This document shows positions 1 through 10,065 of a DNA stretch of 64,000 nucleotides, piece after piece. The translations under genes were made by a program, and so were the position numbers. Location: contig CAYYEX010000001.1 in the NCBI GenBank assembly GCA_964471165.1, forward strand, positions 129,037 through 193,036, written 5' to 3'. Below the pieces are notes generated by a model. It saw only the letters and a list, made by a program, of their open reading frames with translations, did not search any database and had not been told where the DNA came from. Each line of letters starts with the position of its first letter. The first letter of the stretch is position 1. Source of the stretch: an uncultured Candidatus Saccharibacteria bacterium. Its GTDB lineage: Bacteria; Patescibacteriota; Minisyncoccia; Phycocordibacterales; UBA2100.

Positions 1-45
1 CTTCGCATTTGCGCGAACCGGATTTTTTCTTGTGAGCCGCCTTCC

Positions 46-312
46 TCATTGTGCGGCCTCCAAAAACATACCTGAGATGGAGCCGTACGGATGCGGTGGC
101 GATAACTGGTAGCGCTCAGGGTGAACGCAGTGCGGTTTGCCGTAGCAATCCGTAGCTGAAAACACGCGAACAATCGTCCATGTACTGCCGCCTCCGGAAC
201 CGTACAGTGCAATGCGCCCGCGGTCGTTGAGCTGCACAGCCTCTCCAGAGCCGAAGAGACGGCAGCTTCCGCTACTGCCTTCGGTTGGTATTCCTGACTG
301 GTCCATTTTCAA
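46..312 (-). CDS. hypothetical small Gly-rich protein
   Basis: 88-aa ORF, same strand as and 33 nt downstream of the HIT gene; no recognisable motif or signal peptide. Confidence 0.25.
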   Translation of the reverse strand: MKMDQSGIPTEGSSGSCRLFGSGEAVQLNDRGRIALYGSGGGSTWTIVRVFSATDCYGKPHCVHPERYQLSPPHPYGSISGMFLEAAQ

Positions 313-345
313 ACCCCGCCGTGAGTGAAAACCATGAGCAGGTAA

Positions 346-804
346 TCATACCTGCCCATGTGGGTCAATCGATTGGAGTGCGGCTCGTATCATGCCTGCA
401 ACGGCCTGCAATTCGGCCTCTGGGGATGCCTCTCTGCTTCCCGGACGGTATAAAAAGTCGCGTGGTTCGTATTTGAGTACCCCAGTGTCTCCCTCGATTC
501 GCGGAACCACATGCAGATGAAAATGTGGCACCGATTGCCCTGCAAGTACGCCTTCGTTCCATGCATGATTGAATCCTTCAGCCCCGAAACTCTTCTTCAG
601 CGCCCCTTTAACAGTCTCTGCAAGGTCAAACACTGCCGCCCGCTCCTCAGGCGTCATTTCTGCAAACGATGGCACGTGCCGCTTTGGTACCACGAGCGTG
701 TGCCCAGGTGTAATGGGGATGTTCGTGGGGAATGCTTTTGCGAGTTCGTTTTCTGAGATGACGCGCGCCTGGATGTCTGCATGTTCGCAAAAAACACACT
801 CCAT
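346..804 (-). CDS. HIT-family (histidine triad) nucleotide hydrolase
   Basis: 152 aa; N-terminal CxxC and histidine-triad motif HFHLHVVPR. Confidence 0.8.
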   Translation of the reverse strand: MECVFCEHADIQARVISENELAKAFPTNIPITPGHTLVVPKRHVPSFAEMTPEERAAVFDLAETVKGALKKSFGAEGFNHAWNEGVLAGQSVPHFHLHVVPRIEGDTGVLKYEPRDFLYRPGSREASPEAELQAVAGMIRAALQSIDPHGQV

Positions 805-805
805 A

Positions 806-1396
806 TTAATTAAAGTGATTCATCGCAATCATCGGGCCCTCCGCCACGATAACGTCGATTGCTTCGGCCACTCGCTTGAATACCTTCTTAAGCTCATCGA
901 GCTCGGATTCTTTGAACTTCTTGAGGATGAAATCGTTCACCACCTTGTCTCCCTCTGGCTTCTTGAGCTTTCCGCCAGGAGTTTCCGGTGAGATGCCGAT
1001 ACGGATACGCGTGAACTTCTTTGTCTTGATTGCTGTCGTAATGGATTCGATTCCCTTGTGACCGCCGCTTCCACGGTCAAACGACAACTTAATCTTCCCT
1101 ATTGGTAAATCGAGGTCATCGTAAACCACAATGAGCCGTTCTGCCGATTTAACATTCTTCACGAGTTTGCTCACCGCGAGGCCCGACTTGTTCATAAAGG
1201 TGTTTGGAAGCTGCAGTGCAACCAGTGTTGTTTTTACTGTCGCCCCTGTTGTGAGCGACTGGGACTTTTTGTCTTCTTTCCATACAGGCGCACTCGCGTA
1301 CTTTGCATAGTGCATAACCGCCATCCGGCCGGCATTGTGGCGAGTGTTTTCGTACTCCACACCGGGATTTCCGAGCCCTGTAACGACCCATGTCAT
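806..1396 (-). CDS. pth: peptidyl-tRNA hydrolase
   Basis: 196 aa; N-terminal GLGNPG...YENTRHNAG signature of Pth. Confidence 0.9.
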   Translation of the reverse strand: MTWVVTGLGNPGVEYENTRHNAGRMAVMHYAKYASAPVWKEDKKSQSLTTGATVKTTLVALQLPNTFMNKSGLAVSKLVKNVKSAERLIVVYDDLDLPIGKIKLSFDRGSGGHKGIESITTAIKTKKFTRIRIGISPETPGGKLKKPEGDKVVNDFILKKFKESELDELKKVFKRVAEAIDVIVAEGPMIAMNHFN

Positions 1397-1728
1397 ATGC
1401 GCGGCATCATACCATCGCTTTGGGAAAGACCACGACGATAAAAAACCATCAAATCATTACTCGGCAGAGCATCTGGAATCCTTATTTCTGCACTCCTCTG
1501 GAAAAGTTTTAACCGAGCTTGAAATTAAAATCTTTTTTTTAAAAAAATGTGCGTGTTCTTAACATTTTTTTGAAAAAATAAAAAAGTTATCCACAGTTTT
1601 GTATTTTTCTCGGTCAAGCGATGCCAAAGACTTTGTGTCAACGGCATCATCGGAGTATAGTGCTCGCACATGAAATCCGTTGGATGTGGTTCTGATGGAA
1701 AGTCACTCACAAGGAGGATGTTATCGCT

Positions 1729-2376
1729 ATGAACGATACACTTCACATCAACCCAGAAGGCGCGCAGACACATCAAGGCGCACCTCATCCTGTCATGGAC
1801 GACAACTCGTCTCCACGTTCACTCATTATCTACACAGTTGTCGCGCTTGCGCTGGCATTTTTTATTCGTTTCTTCATCGCCGCGCCATATGTGGTCAATG
1901 GCGCCTCGATGGTCCCTGCATTCTACGACTATCACTACCTCATCATCGACCGCGTCTCCTATGATTTCGGGCAGCCACAGCGTGGCGACGTGATTGTGCT
2001 CGATTTGCCCCAACAAACCTCTCGCGCACTCATAAAACGAGTCATTGGACTCCCGGGAGAAACGATTGTTCTCAAGGCTGGTACGGTAACCATCATTAAC
2101 GCCGGGCACCCAAGAGGATTTGTGCTATCGGAACCATATCTTTTACCGGAAAACATTGGTGGACCAACCGACATAACCGTAACACTGGGCGAGGACGAGT
2201 ATTATGTGCTCGGTGACAATCGCCGTGTTTCCGCTGACTCGCGTACCTGGGGAGTGCTGCCGAAAAAAGATATCGTGGGGCGTGCACTCTTTCGATTGTT
2301 TCCATTCAACAACATAGATTTTCTTCCCGGCACGGTCCGCTACGACGACTCTTCCATTACAAATACTAATTCATAG
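1729..2376 (+). CDS. lepB: signal peptidase I
   Basis: 215 aa; TM anchor, GASMVPAF catalytic Ser box, GDNRRVSADSRTWG box; AAGGAGG RBS 8 nt upstream of the ATG. Confidence 0.85.
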   Translation: MNDTLHINPEGAQTHQGAPHPVMDDNSSPRSLIIYTVVALALAFFIRFFIAAPYVVNGASMVPAFYDYHYLIIDRVSYDFGQPQRGDVIVLDLPQQTSRALIKRVIGLPGETIVLKAGTVTIINAGHPRGFVLSEPYLLPENIGGPTDITVTLGEDEYYVLGDNRRVSADSRTWGVLPKKDIVGRALFRLFPFNNIDFLPGTVRYDDSSITNTNS

Positions 2377-2384
2377 AGCGCACT

Positions 2385-3599
2385 ATGATCAGACTGAAGG
2401 ACACAGGACACGGGAACACTGCAGAGTTCCTGCAAAACGCGATTCGTATCGCAGAGTATTACGGATTTGTTCCGCTCGACGACATGAAGGGACAAACCAA
2501 GGAACGAGACGAAGCGGCACGCAAAGTGCAGCTGGCTAAAAGTGACACGGAGATAGCGTTTGCCCGTAAAGACGAGCGCGCACTTGCATCAGTGGCACGA
2601 CGCGCTGTATCGGTTGCGCGGGCCCAGACTGGCACCACACTGCTTGCATGGCGAACAACGCAGGGCCAGGCAGATGGTCCCACAATCTCGCTTGAACTCC
2701 ACGTGCTCGGTTCACAATCCGCGATTGCTGAAGCGATACTGCTTGTAGTTGCAAACACGATTGCAGAAGAAGCTGGTATCAAGGACCGCTACCTCTCCAT
2801 CAACAACATCGGCTCGCACGAATCGTCGAACCGCTTTGTGCGTGACATCGGTTCCTACTTGCGCAAACACATCGAATCAATTTCCCCCACGCTACGCCCT
2901 CGTGCCGCCACCGACCCGCTCGGCACACTCGTGCAGTTGATTGAAAAAGGACACCCCGCGGCACCACGCGCCCCGCAATCGATGGAGTATCTAACTGAAG
3001 ATGAACGTCGCAAGTTCTGGGACTTGCTTGAATACTTGGAAGTGTTCGGCCTTCCCTACGAACTTTCTCCGCATGTACTCGGTTCTCGTGACTGCTGGGC
3101 GCATTCACTCTACGAAATCTCGTCGACCGACGAAGAGAGCGGTGCACGCGTTGGCTTCGCGCTCGGCGGACGCTACGACCCGCTTGCAACCCGCTTTGCA
3201 GCTAAGCACATCCCGGCCGCGATGATTTCCATTGCATGCGAAGTGCGCGGCAAAACCACCTTCAAAAAGGAGAACCGTGCGATGCCATCGATTTACTTTG
3301 CCCACCTCGGGCCCGAGGCACGCCGCCGCGCACTGATGGTGCTCGAAAGCCTGCGCCGTGCCGAAATCCCCGTTCATCAGTCGCTCCTCTACGACAAGAT
3401 TGGAGAGCAGATGATTCGCGCCAAGGAACTCGCAGTGCCGTACATTCTCATCATGGGGTACAAGGAAGCCATGGAAAACACCATCCTGGTGCGAGAAGTA
3501 GCGACCAATTCCCAGGATGCGGTGCCGGTGGACGAGCTACCCAACTACCTGCGCCGACGCCGCATGGGCACATGGAAGGCACTCTCGCCCAGTATCTAA
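2385..3599 (+). CDS. hisS: histidyl-tRNA synthetase-like protein (class II aaRS fold; catalytic motif 2 not recognisable)
   Basis: 404 aa; HisRS insertion-domain-like middle region, motif 3 GGRYDPL, C-terminal anticodon-binding-like domain; no RPE or FRYERPQxGR motifs seen in the N-terminal ~95 aa. Confidence 0.55.
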   Translation: MIRLKDTGHGNTAEFLQNAIRIAEYYGFVPLDDMKGQTKERDEAARKVQLAKSDTEIAFARKDERALASVARRAVSVARAQTGTTLLAWRTTQGQADGPTISLELHVLGSQSAIAEAILLVVANTIAEEAGIKDRYLSINNIGSHESSNRFVRDIGSYLRKHIESISPTLRPRAATDPLGTLVQLIEKGHPAAPRAPQSMEYLTEDERRKFWDLLEYLEVFGLPYELSPHVLGSRDCWAHSLYEISSTDEESGARVGFALGGRYDPLATRFAAKHIPAAMISIACEVRGKTTFKKENRAMPSIYFAHLGPEARRRALMVLESLRRAEIPVHQSLLYDKIGEQMIRAKELAVPYILIMGYKEAMENTILVREVATNSQDAVPVDELPNYLRRRRMGTWKALSPSI

Positions 3600-3645
3600 G
3601 CCCTCAGTTGACTCATCCCATTATTCTTGGTATTCTCGAGCCCAC

Positions 3646-3993
3646 ATGTCAATCAATGCAGAAGTAACGAAAGTCGGCAGCGAATCCGCCATCGCGGTTA
3701 TTCGTAAGTTCAGCCGCCGTGTTCAGGGCACCGGTCTTATCAAGAACGCCCGCAAGACACGCTACTACGAACGAAACGCTTCAAAGTCAGTTCAGAAAAA
3801 GCGCGCACTCAAGCTCATCAAGCGCAAGGCTGATTTCAAGCAGCTCATCAAGGAAGGCAAGGTGGCAGAAACGCCTACCCGCCGCGGCTACAACCGTGAC
3901 GCCAACCAGAGCCAGGCTGCAGCAAACAAGGCGGAACAGAACACAAACTCTGGAGCAGCACGATTCGGAGAAAGCACACCAATCGCTCGCTAA
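3646..3993 (+). CDS. rpsU: 30S ribosomal protein S21 with basic C-terminal extension
   Basis: internal ATG at 3646 of ORF 3517..3993; N-terminal EVTKV...IRKFSR...ARKTRYYE pattern typical of bS21; Lys/Ala/Gln-rich tail. Confidence 0.55.
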   Translation: MSINAEVTKVGSESAIAVIRKFSRRVQGTGLIKNARKTRYYERNASKSVQKKRALKLIKRKADFKQLIKEGKVAETPTRRGYNRDANQSQAAANKAEQNTNSGAARFGESTPIAR

Positions 3994-3998
3994 ACCCC

Positions 3999-4388
3999 AT
4001 GGGTTCGCCCACTACAGGTATCAAGACGACAATCCGCGGCTCAGTGCCGCGGATTCCGTTTGAGGCCATGGCAAAGGCTGTACTTGGAGCGAACTACTCG
4101 CTCTCGCTTGTGGTGTGCGGCGACACTTTGGCTCGACGAATTAATACCCAATATCGCAAGAAAACGTATTTCCCCAACGTGCTATCTTTCCCGCTCTCAA
4201 AAACAGAAGGCGAGATATTCCTCAACATACGCAAAGCAGAGCGCGAGGCGCGGCAAATGGGCACCACCACAGGGAAACGTGCGGCACTCCTCTTTGTGCA
4301 TGGCCTTTTTCATCTCAAAGGGCTGGACCACTCCGACAAAATGGAAGCCGAAGAGCAGCGAATCCTCCGCCGTTTCAATCTAGCGTAG
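3999..4388 (+). CDS. ybeY: endoribonuclease YbeY (rRNA maturation factor)
   Basis: 129 aa; PNVLSFP and zinc-site HGLFHLKGLDH motifs. Confidence 0.85.
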   Translation: MGSPTTGIKTTIRGSVPRIPFEAMAKAVLGANYSLSLVVCGDTLARRINTQYRKKTYFPNVLSFPLSKTEGEIFLNIRKAEREARQMGTTTGKRAALLFVHGLFHLKGLDHSDKMEAEEQRILRRFNLA

Positions 4389-4445
4389 GAAATCCCCCAT
4401 TTTTTAGCTGTATATGAAGGCCGGGCGCGGTATACTTGCCCTACA

Positions 4446-5615
4446 ATGCGCACCTTTTACACCGGTATCGACATCGGAACTTTCAATGTGAAGGTGGTTA
4501 TTGCGGCCCCAGCAGAAAACCCGGAGGCTCCAATGCAAATAGTTGGCACTGGAACGGCGGTATCAAAAGGCATGCGCCACGGCTACATCGTCGACCGTGC
4601 CGAAGCAACGCGCTCAGTGCGCGAAGCGCTCATGCGCGCACAAACTGCAGCTAAGGTCACCGTCAAAAGCGCGCGCCTTGCACTCGGCGGCGTAGGACTC
4701 GACGACATTCGTTCAACCGGAGACGTCACACTGACGCAATCCGGCGGCGTCGTGACGGAGCGCGATATTGAGCGCGCGATGCAAGATAGCGAAAAACGTG
4801 CCACACCAAAGCTCGTGAATCGTGTTGTCATTCACACCATACCGCTTGAATACCGCGTCGATGGCAACAAAGTATTCGGTAAACCGGCAGGACTGCAGGG
4901 CACAAAACTTTCTGTAGACACGTTGCTCGTCACACTCCTTTCGCAGCATCACGACGACCTCATTGAAGCGGTCGAAGCCGCTGGTGTGGAAGTGGAGAGC
5001 GTTATGGCTTCTCCACTTGCGGCCTCACTCGTTTCCCTCACCAAGGCTCAAAAAATGGCGGGCGTGTGCCTTGCCAACATTGGAGCGGAAACTCTTTCAA
5101 TAATTGTGTTCGACAACGACACGCCGATTTCACTTAAAGTATTTCCGGTCGGTTCCGGCGACATCACCAACACCATTGCACTCAACTTTCAAATTCCACT
5201 CTCAGAAGCGGAGCAAATGAAACGCGGAGGTGTAACTGGAGCAGATATTCCCCAGAAAAAAGCAGACACTATCGTCACGGCTCGACTGAAAGATATGTTT
5301 ACCCTCATCAACGGACATTTAAAGGTAATCGGGCGTCAGCGACTCCTGCCCGCAGGAATTGTGATTACCGGCGGCGGCTCTGGCTCAAACTCTGCTGCAG
5401 AAATAGCAAAGGCAGTTCTCAAACTTCCCTCGCAAGTCGGACAAATCGCAAACGTCGCGCGCACTGCGTCGACTGATGCAACGTGGGCGGTGGCATACGG
5501 TCTGTGTCGCTGGGCATTTGCAGAAGACGCATCAGACAAAGGCTCCACACTCGGCGAAGTGCTTTCATCTGGTTGGCATTCATTGAAACAAAGTTTCCGC
5601 TCACTTCTTCCGTAG
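4446..5615 (+). CDS. ftsA: cell division protein FtsA
   Basis: 389 aa; actin-fold GIDIGT N-terminus, ITGGGS motif, directly upstream of ftsZ. Confidence 0.85.
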   Translation: MRTFYTGIDIGTFNVKVVIAAPAENPEAPMQIVGTGTAVSKGMRHGYIVDRAEATRSVREALMRAQTAAKVTVKSARLALGGVGLDDIRSTGDVTLTQSGGVVTERDIERAMQDSEKRATPKLVNRVVIHTIPLEYRVDGNKVFGKPAGLQGTKLSVDTLLVTLLSQHHDDLIEAVEAAGVEVESVMASPLAASLVSLTKAQKMAGVCLANIGAETLSIIVFDNDTPISLKVFPVGSGDITNTIALNFQIPLSEAEQMKRGGVTGADIPQKKADTIVTARLKDMFTLINGHLKVIGRQRLLPAGIVITGGGSGSNSAAEIAKAVLKLPSQVGQIANVARTASTDATWAVAYGLCRWAFAEDASDKGSTLGEVLSSGWHSLKQSFRSLLP

Positions 5616-5746
5616 AAAACAATGAATTTTTTCTGTGCAATACCGAAATGCCGCTTAAATGCGGCGTTTTTTCGATGCAATTCAGACATGAATGGTATAG
5701 AGAGTCAACGTTGCCCTTTCCCTCAAAATGCTATGATGTGCCCACT

Positions 5747-6961
5747 ATGTCCAAGCAAGTAAAGCCCGAAGTAGAATCATTCGCACGAATACGAGTTATC
5801 GGGGTCGGAGGATCGGGTGGAAACACGGTCAACCACATGGTGACCTCAGGCGTCCAGGGCGTCGATTTCATCGCGGTAAACACCGACGCACAAGACCTCC
5901 ACAAGTCGAAAGCCAAGCACAAAATCCACATCGGTAAAACACTTACCCGCGGCCTTGGTACCGGTATGAACCCAGATATGGGCAAGCAAGCTGCCGAAGA
6001 GACACGCGAAGAAATCCAAGACGCCATCAAAGGCTCCGACATGGTGTTCGTTACCTGCGGCATGGGAGGCGGCACCGGCACTGGTGCTGCCCCAGTTGTA
6101 GCAAAAATCGCGCGCGAGCTTGGCGCACTCACCATCGGCGTTGTAACGCGACCATTCGCATTCGAAGGCCAGCAGCGCATTCGCCTGGCTGAGCAGGGTC
6201 TCGCCGAGCTTCGCAAAGCAGTCGACGCGTCAATCATCATTCCAAACGACAAATTGCTCGCAATCGTGAGTCGCGAAACAGGCATCAAGAACGCTTTCGC
6301 AATGTGCGACGATATACTGAAGCAGGCAGTCGAAGGAATCTCGGACCTCATTACACAAACAGGAATCATCAACGTCGACTTCGCCGACGTGCGCGCAATC
6401 ATGGCAAACGCCGGTTCTGCTCTTATGGGCATCGGAACTGCGATTGGTGAAAAACGCGCAGAAAACGCAGCGCGCGCCGCAATCAATTCCCCACTCCTTG
6501 AAGTTTCAATTACTGGAGCAAAGGGCGTACTCTTTTCTATCGCGGGCGGCGATGATTTGGGAATGCTCGAAGTGCAAGACGCTGCAAACGTTATCACCGA
6601 AGCAATCGACCCAGAGGCAAAGGTTATCTTTGGTGCCGTTACCGACGAGTCACTCAAGAAGGGTCAAGTTCGCGTTACAGTTATCGCAACGGGATTCCCA
6701 GAAACTCCGGCTCGCCCAGCAGGTGCCACGTTTGCAACCCGCGTGATTCCTTCGCGGGGCAAGGATGCCGATGTTCCCCCCGTACAGGTTGCCCCGCGAC
6801 CAGAGCCTAAGAAAATCATTGATGCACTCGCGACTGAAAAAGCGCAAATGCGCGAAGAAAAGAAGCCAGAAGTACGTATTCAGGACACTTCAATAGAGAC
6901 TCCCTCTTCCGACGAAGACGACAGTTGGGGCGGACTTCCTTCCTTCTTGCGAAGGAAATAG
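5747..6961 (+). CDS. ftsZ: cell division protein FtsZ
   Basis: start at internal ATG 5747 (MSKQVKP); GVGGSGGN tubulin signature, GMGGGTGTG; acidic C-terminal tail. Confidence 0.95.
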   Translation: MSKQVKPEVESFARIRVIGVGGSGGNTVNHMVTSGVQGVDFIAVNTDAQDLHKSKAKHKIHIGKTLTRGLGTGMNPDMGKQAAEETREEIQDAIKGSDMVFVTCGMGGGTGTGAAPVVAKIARELGALTIGVVTRPFAFEGQQRIRLAEQGLAELRKAVDASIIIPNDKLLAIVSRETGIKNAFAMCDDILKQAVEGISDLITQTGIINVDFADVRAIMANAGSALMGIGTAIGEKRAENAARAAINSPLLEVSITGAKGVLFSIAGGDDLGMLEVQDAANVITEAIDPEAKVIFGAVTDESLKKGQVRVTVIATGFPETPARPAGATFATRVIPSRGKDADVPPVQVAPRPEPKKIIDALATEKAQMREEKKPEVRIQDTSIETPSSDEDDSWGGLPSFLRRK

Positions 6962-7040
6962 GTTGTAGGTTGTAGTAGAATACGGGAACGCATTTTACGT
7001 ATGCAACTATTCCCTATAACCTATTCCCTATAACCTATCT
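6961..7040. promoter_or_regulatory. repeat-rich trxB upstream region (tandem GGTTGTA x2; tandem ATTCCCTATAACCT x2 abutting the ATG)
   Basis: direct reading: ggttgtaggttgtag ... attccctataacct attccctataacct atct ATG; the two repeat types are imperfect inverse complements (AGGTTGTA / TATAACCT). Confidence 0.4.
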
Positions 7041-7961
7041 ATGTACGACCTCATCATTATCGGCGGCGGCCCCGCAGGTGCGAGCGCCGCGATTTACGCT
7101 GCTCGCAAACAGCTTAAAACCATTCAGATTACGTCTGAATGGGGTGGGCAGAGTGTTGTGTCTTCAGAGATTCAAAACTGGGTCGGCACACCCGCAATTC
7201 ACGGCGCTGAGCTCGCAGAAGCACTCAAAAAACATGTCGAGACCTACAAGGGCGATTTTCTCGAAGTTGTCTCTCCTGCGCTCGCCACAAAACTCGAGGC
7301 ATTCGATGACCACGTGGAGGTCACTCTCGATACCGGTACGGTCTACTCGGCTAAGTCGTTACTCATAGCCTCCGGTGCTAACCGTCGCAAACTCGATGTA
7401 CCCGGTGCAGCGGAGTTCGATAACAAGGGCCTCACCTACTGCGCATCCTGCGATGGCCCACTTTTTGGCGGTATGGATGTAGCGGTTGTAGGCGGCGGAA
7501 ACGCAGCATTCGAAACAGCACTCCAGCTCATCGCCTACTGCAAATCGGTAACACTTCTCAACCGTTCAGAAACATTCCGCGCAGACGAAATCACCGTAGC
7601 GGCAGCAAAGTCAAAGCCGAACTTCAAAATCATCACAGGTGTCACCCCGAGCGAGGTGGTTGGTGAGGGCTTCGTAAGCGGAATAAAATATAAGGACGCG
7701 GCAGGAAACGAGACGCTCTTACCAGTTGCTGGAATTTTTGTGGAAATCGGTCTCATTCCAAACTCCGACTGGGTAGGCAACGTAGTGGATATGAACGAAG
7801 TCAAACAAATCAAAGTTGACCCCCGCACACAGCGCACGTCGCACCCGCGCATCTGGGCCGCGGGCGACATCACTGATGGCGTGTACCACCAAAACAACAT
7901 TGCCGCGGGTGACGCCGTAAAAGCACTGGAAGACATCTACATGTTCGTCCACAAAAACTAG
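7041..7961 (+). CDS. trxB: thioredoxin-disulfide reductase
   Basis: 306 aa; FAD GGGPAG motif, redox-active CASCDG, second Rossmann GGGNAA. Confidence 0.9.
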   Translation: MYDLIIIGGGPAGASAAIYAARKQLKTIQITSEWGGQSVVSSEIQNWVGTPAIHGAELAEALKKHVETYKGDFLEVVSPALATKLEAFDDHVEVTLDTGTVYSAKSLLIASGANRRKLDVPGAAEFDNKGLTYCASCDGPLFGGMDVAVVGGGNAAFETALQLIAYCKSVTLLNRSETFRADEITVAAAKSKPNFKIITGVTPSEVVGEGFVSGIKYKDAAGNETLLPVAGIFVEIGLIPNSDWVGNVVDMNEVKQIKVDPRTQRTSHPRIWAAGDITDGVYHQNNIAAGDAVKALEDIYMFVHKN

Positions 7962-7971
7962 TCCGCTCGTT

Positions 7972-8622
7972 TTACGCCGTTATCTTCTTTATCACCGCAA
8001 AAGCGCGGTCGATGTCTTTTTCCTCGAACAAAATTGAGAGTTCGGTGCGTACAGACATAACTTCAGTAAAGCTGATTCCTTCAAACGCCAGCGCTTTCAG
8101 TATCGGATAGTACACACCGGGCACGCTCAAACTTTCTTCTGGTAGTCGCAGTGTAATTGCACTCAGCTCCCCACTCTTTCGAACCCCACGCGCATTGCCG
8201 AGCGCGGCAATCAAGTCGTTCTCGAGTTCGCGACTCACAATAATAAGTGACTCATGCAAGCCGCGAGAAAAATTGAAAAACGCATCCTTCTTCATATCTG
8301 CAATGTTTACTATTGCCGCAACTACACTGGAGATGTCGACAGTATTCGGGAAGGTATATTCAATTAGTTTTGAGCGCACGGTAATGTCACTCAATAATTT
8401 TAGAAACTTCGTTCCGAATTGTGGTCGCTGCAAGTCTTTTGCTGCACGGTGTACCGCCATGGTAACTGCCTCATCGCTCACCTCCTCGAGCAAAATGTTT
8501 TCAATATCCGGCTTAATGAGGCGTGCAATTTTTGCGTTATTTGCGACCCCCTCGGAAATAGCCGCGCCTAGGAATGGGGACCTCCCCAGTATTTCAGTTG
8601 TAATCTGTTGAATCGTTCGCAT
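7972..8622 (-). CDS. hypothetical protein with C-terminal ACT-like domain
   Basis: 216 aa; C-terminal ~70 aa resembles an ACT regulatory fold; no catalytic motif found. Confidence 0.4.
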   Translation of the reverse strand: MRTIQQITTEILGRSPFLGAAISEGVANNAKIARLIKPDIENILLEEVSDEAVTMAVHRAAKDLQRPQFGTKFLKLLSDITVRSKLIEYTFPNTVDISSVVAAIVNIADMKKDAFFNFSRGLHESLIIVSRELENDLIAALGNARGVRKSGELSAITLRLPEESLSVPGVYYPILKALAFEGISFTEVMSVRTELSILFEEKDIDRAFAVIKKITA

Positions 8623-8739
8623 GTTATAGATATAACAAATGGTTATAAATCTGTAAAATGTGCCTGAAAATTTCGTTTCGGCGCTGTGCCCCGCTACCCT
8701 CGATACAGGCAGGGCAGTCTTGCCGCAACGGGAGGCGAC

Positions 8740-9018
8740 ATGAGCGACTTTATTCCAACGCCGGATGAGTGCAGCAAGTGTGCGGGGGCCATGGGGCTCG
8801 CAAAAGGATGCGCGGTCCGCTTTACAAGGAAATGCGCGGACTGTGGTGAGCGAATATTCGTGTTTCGCTCCCCAACCGCACCCACATTACATCTGTGGAA
8901 ACGCGACTGCCCCAAAGACGTTCCGTTCTATGACTTCGTGCGCAACAAGATGAATGGCCGCGCCCAAGAGTATTCAGCGGCGGCATGGCAAGCACACTCG
9001 CAGACCGCTCCAGCCTGA
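8740..9018 (+). CDS. hypothetical zinc-ribbon protein
   Basis: internal ATG with GGGAGG RBS; CxxC...CxxC (CSKCAG / CADCGE); followed by intrinsic terminator. Confidence 0.4.
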   Translation: MSDFIPTPDECSKCAGAMGLAKGCAVRFTRKCADCGERIFVFRSPTAPTLHLWKRDCPKDVPFYDFVRNKMNGRAQEYSAAAWQAHSQTAPA

Positions 9019-9039
9019 ACAATTCGAGCGCATGGATGA

Positions 9040-9080
9040 AAAACAAAAAAGCCTGGGGTAACCCCAGGCTTCCTGTTTTT
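9040..9080. terminator. bidirectional intrinsic terminator
   Basis: A-run, hairpin GCCTGGGGTAACCCCAGGC, T-run. Confidence 0.7.
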
Positions 9081-9091
9081 CTTGCTAACAA

Positions 9092-9466
9092 TTACCGTGC
9101 CGTGCGACCAGGTACGTTTTTGATTACGAAGTAAAGCGCAATTGCGGCAATTGAGAGGTCGCGGAACGTTACTTGGAACTCTGAAATATTGAACACAACT
9201 ATACCGACAAGCATTGCGAGAGCAGCCGCGGCTGGGTAGAAGATATATTTTCCCCAGAGCAGCCACAGTGCAATAATCACTTCTACAACGCCGAACATGT
9301 GCAAGAGCAGCGTATCGTCTACGATCCCTCGCGTAAACTGCGGAAAATACCCAATCCACGCAAATGGATCGCCCAACGCATTGATTGGCGGGTACAGAAA
9401 CGCGAAGGCGAGGCCAACACGCAACACGAGTTCTGCGAGCAAATCGCGCGACATGTGATTATTCAA
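9092..9466 (-). CDS. DoxX-family-like small membrane protein
   Basis: 124 aa, 3-4 predicted TM helices, composition like DoxX/SURF4. Confidence 0.45.
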   Translation of the reverse strand: MNNHMSRDLLAELVLRVGLAFAFLYPPINALGDPFAWIGYFPQFTRGIVDDTLLLHMFGVVEVIIALWLLWGKYIFYPAAAALAMLVGIVVFNISEFQVTFRDLSIAAIALYFVIKNVPGRTAR

Positions 9467-9989
9467 CTACCGTAACCGAACCGAAGGCCGATGCGTTGAT
9501 GTGGTCGTGGTACCCATGCTTGCCTGTTTTATCAAAGGTGAACGAATAGTCAGTCGTGGCACCCTTGCATTGGTCGAACGGCTTTGCCCCCGTGTATCCT
9601 GCGGCACAGTGAGTCGTGCGCGAGGTCTCATCGTATACCGTGTGTGTCGGGTGTTGAGCGGACGCAACCCACATATTGCCAGTGCTCTCGTTTTTCCATG
9701 TGACCGTGCCGCCCTTCTTGACCGCGACATCTTTCGGAGTGTATTCGGTACCGTTGTACACGACAGTGACCGCCGTCGGTGTTTCGTTGACAATCATTTC
9801 TGGAACCGATTCGTTACCCGGCACGGGCATTGGATTTGAAACCACATTCTCCGCACCCGGCACAGGCGATGCTGCCCCCTCGTTAACCGTTACGTTCGCG
9901 TCAGTCGCACTTTCGGAGGAACTGGTCCACCACCAGTAGCCGCCTGCGATAATGACAATTGCGATAATAATCCACAGTGCATTTTTCAT
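9459..9989 (-). CDS. membrane-anchored plastocyanin/cupredoxin-like domain protein (non-canonical ligand pattern)
   Basis: 176 aa; N-terminal TM anchor, Pro/Val-rich linker, then GGTVTWKNESTGNMW...HPTH...HC...GKHGYHDHI resembling a cupredoxin beta-sandwich; canonical Cys-His-Met spacing not obvious. Confidence 0.4.
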   Translation of the reverse strand: MKNALWIIIAIVIIAGGYWWWTSSSESATDANVTVNEGAASPVPGAENVVSNPMPVPGNESVPEMIVNETPTAVTVVYNGTEYTPKDVAVKKGGTVTWKNESTGNMWVASAQHPTHTVYDETSRTTHCAAGYTGAKPFDQCKGATTDYSFTFDKTGKHGYHDHINASAFGSVTVVE

Positions 9990-10065
9990 ATTTTAGGTGC
10001 GTTACTTCGATGCCTTATATTCTGGCCATTATAACATTTCGATTCATGAAGCCCCGGTGAGCCGT

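Noticed and set aside
5483-5746. Upstream 88-codon extension of ftsZ
   Set aside because: Overlaps the ftsA 3' end in another frame. The conserved FtsZ N-terminus starts at 5747.
5731-6657. 308-aa minus-strand ORF
   Set aside because: Antisense to ftsZ. Low-complexity Ala/Ser/Pro-rich translation typical of GC-rich antisense frames.
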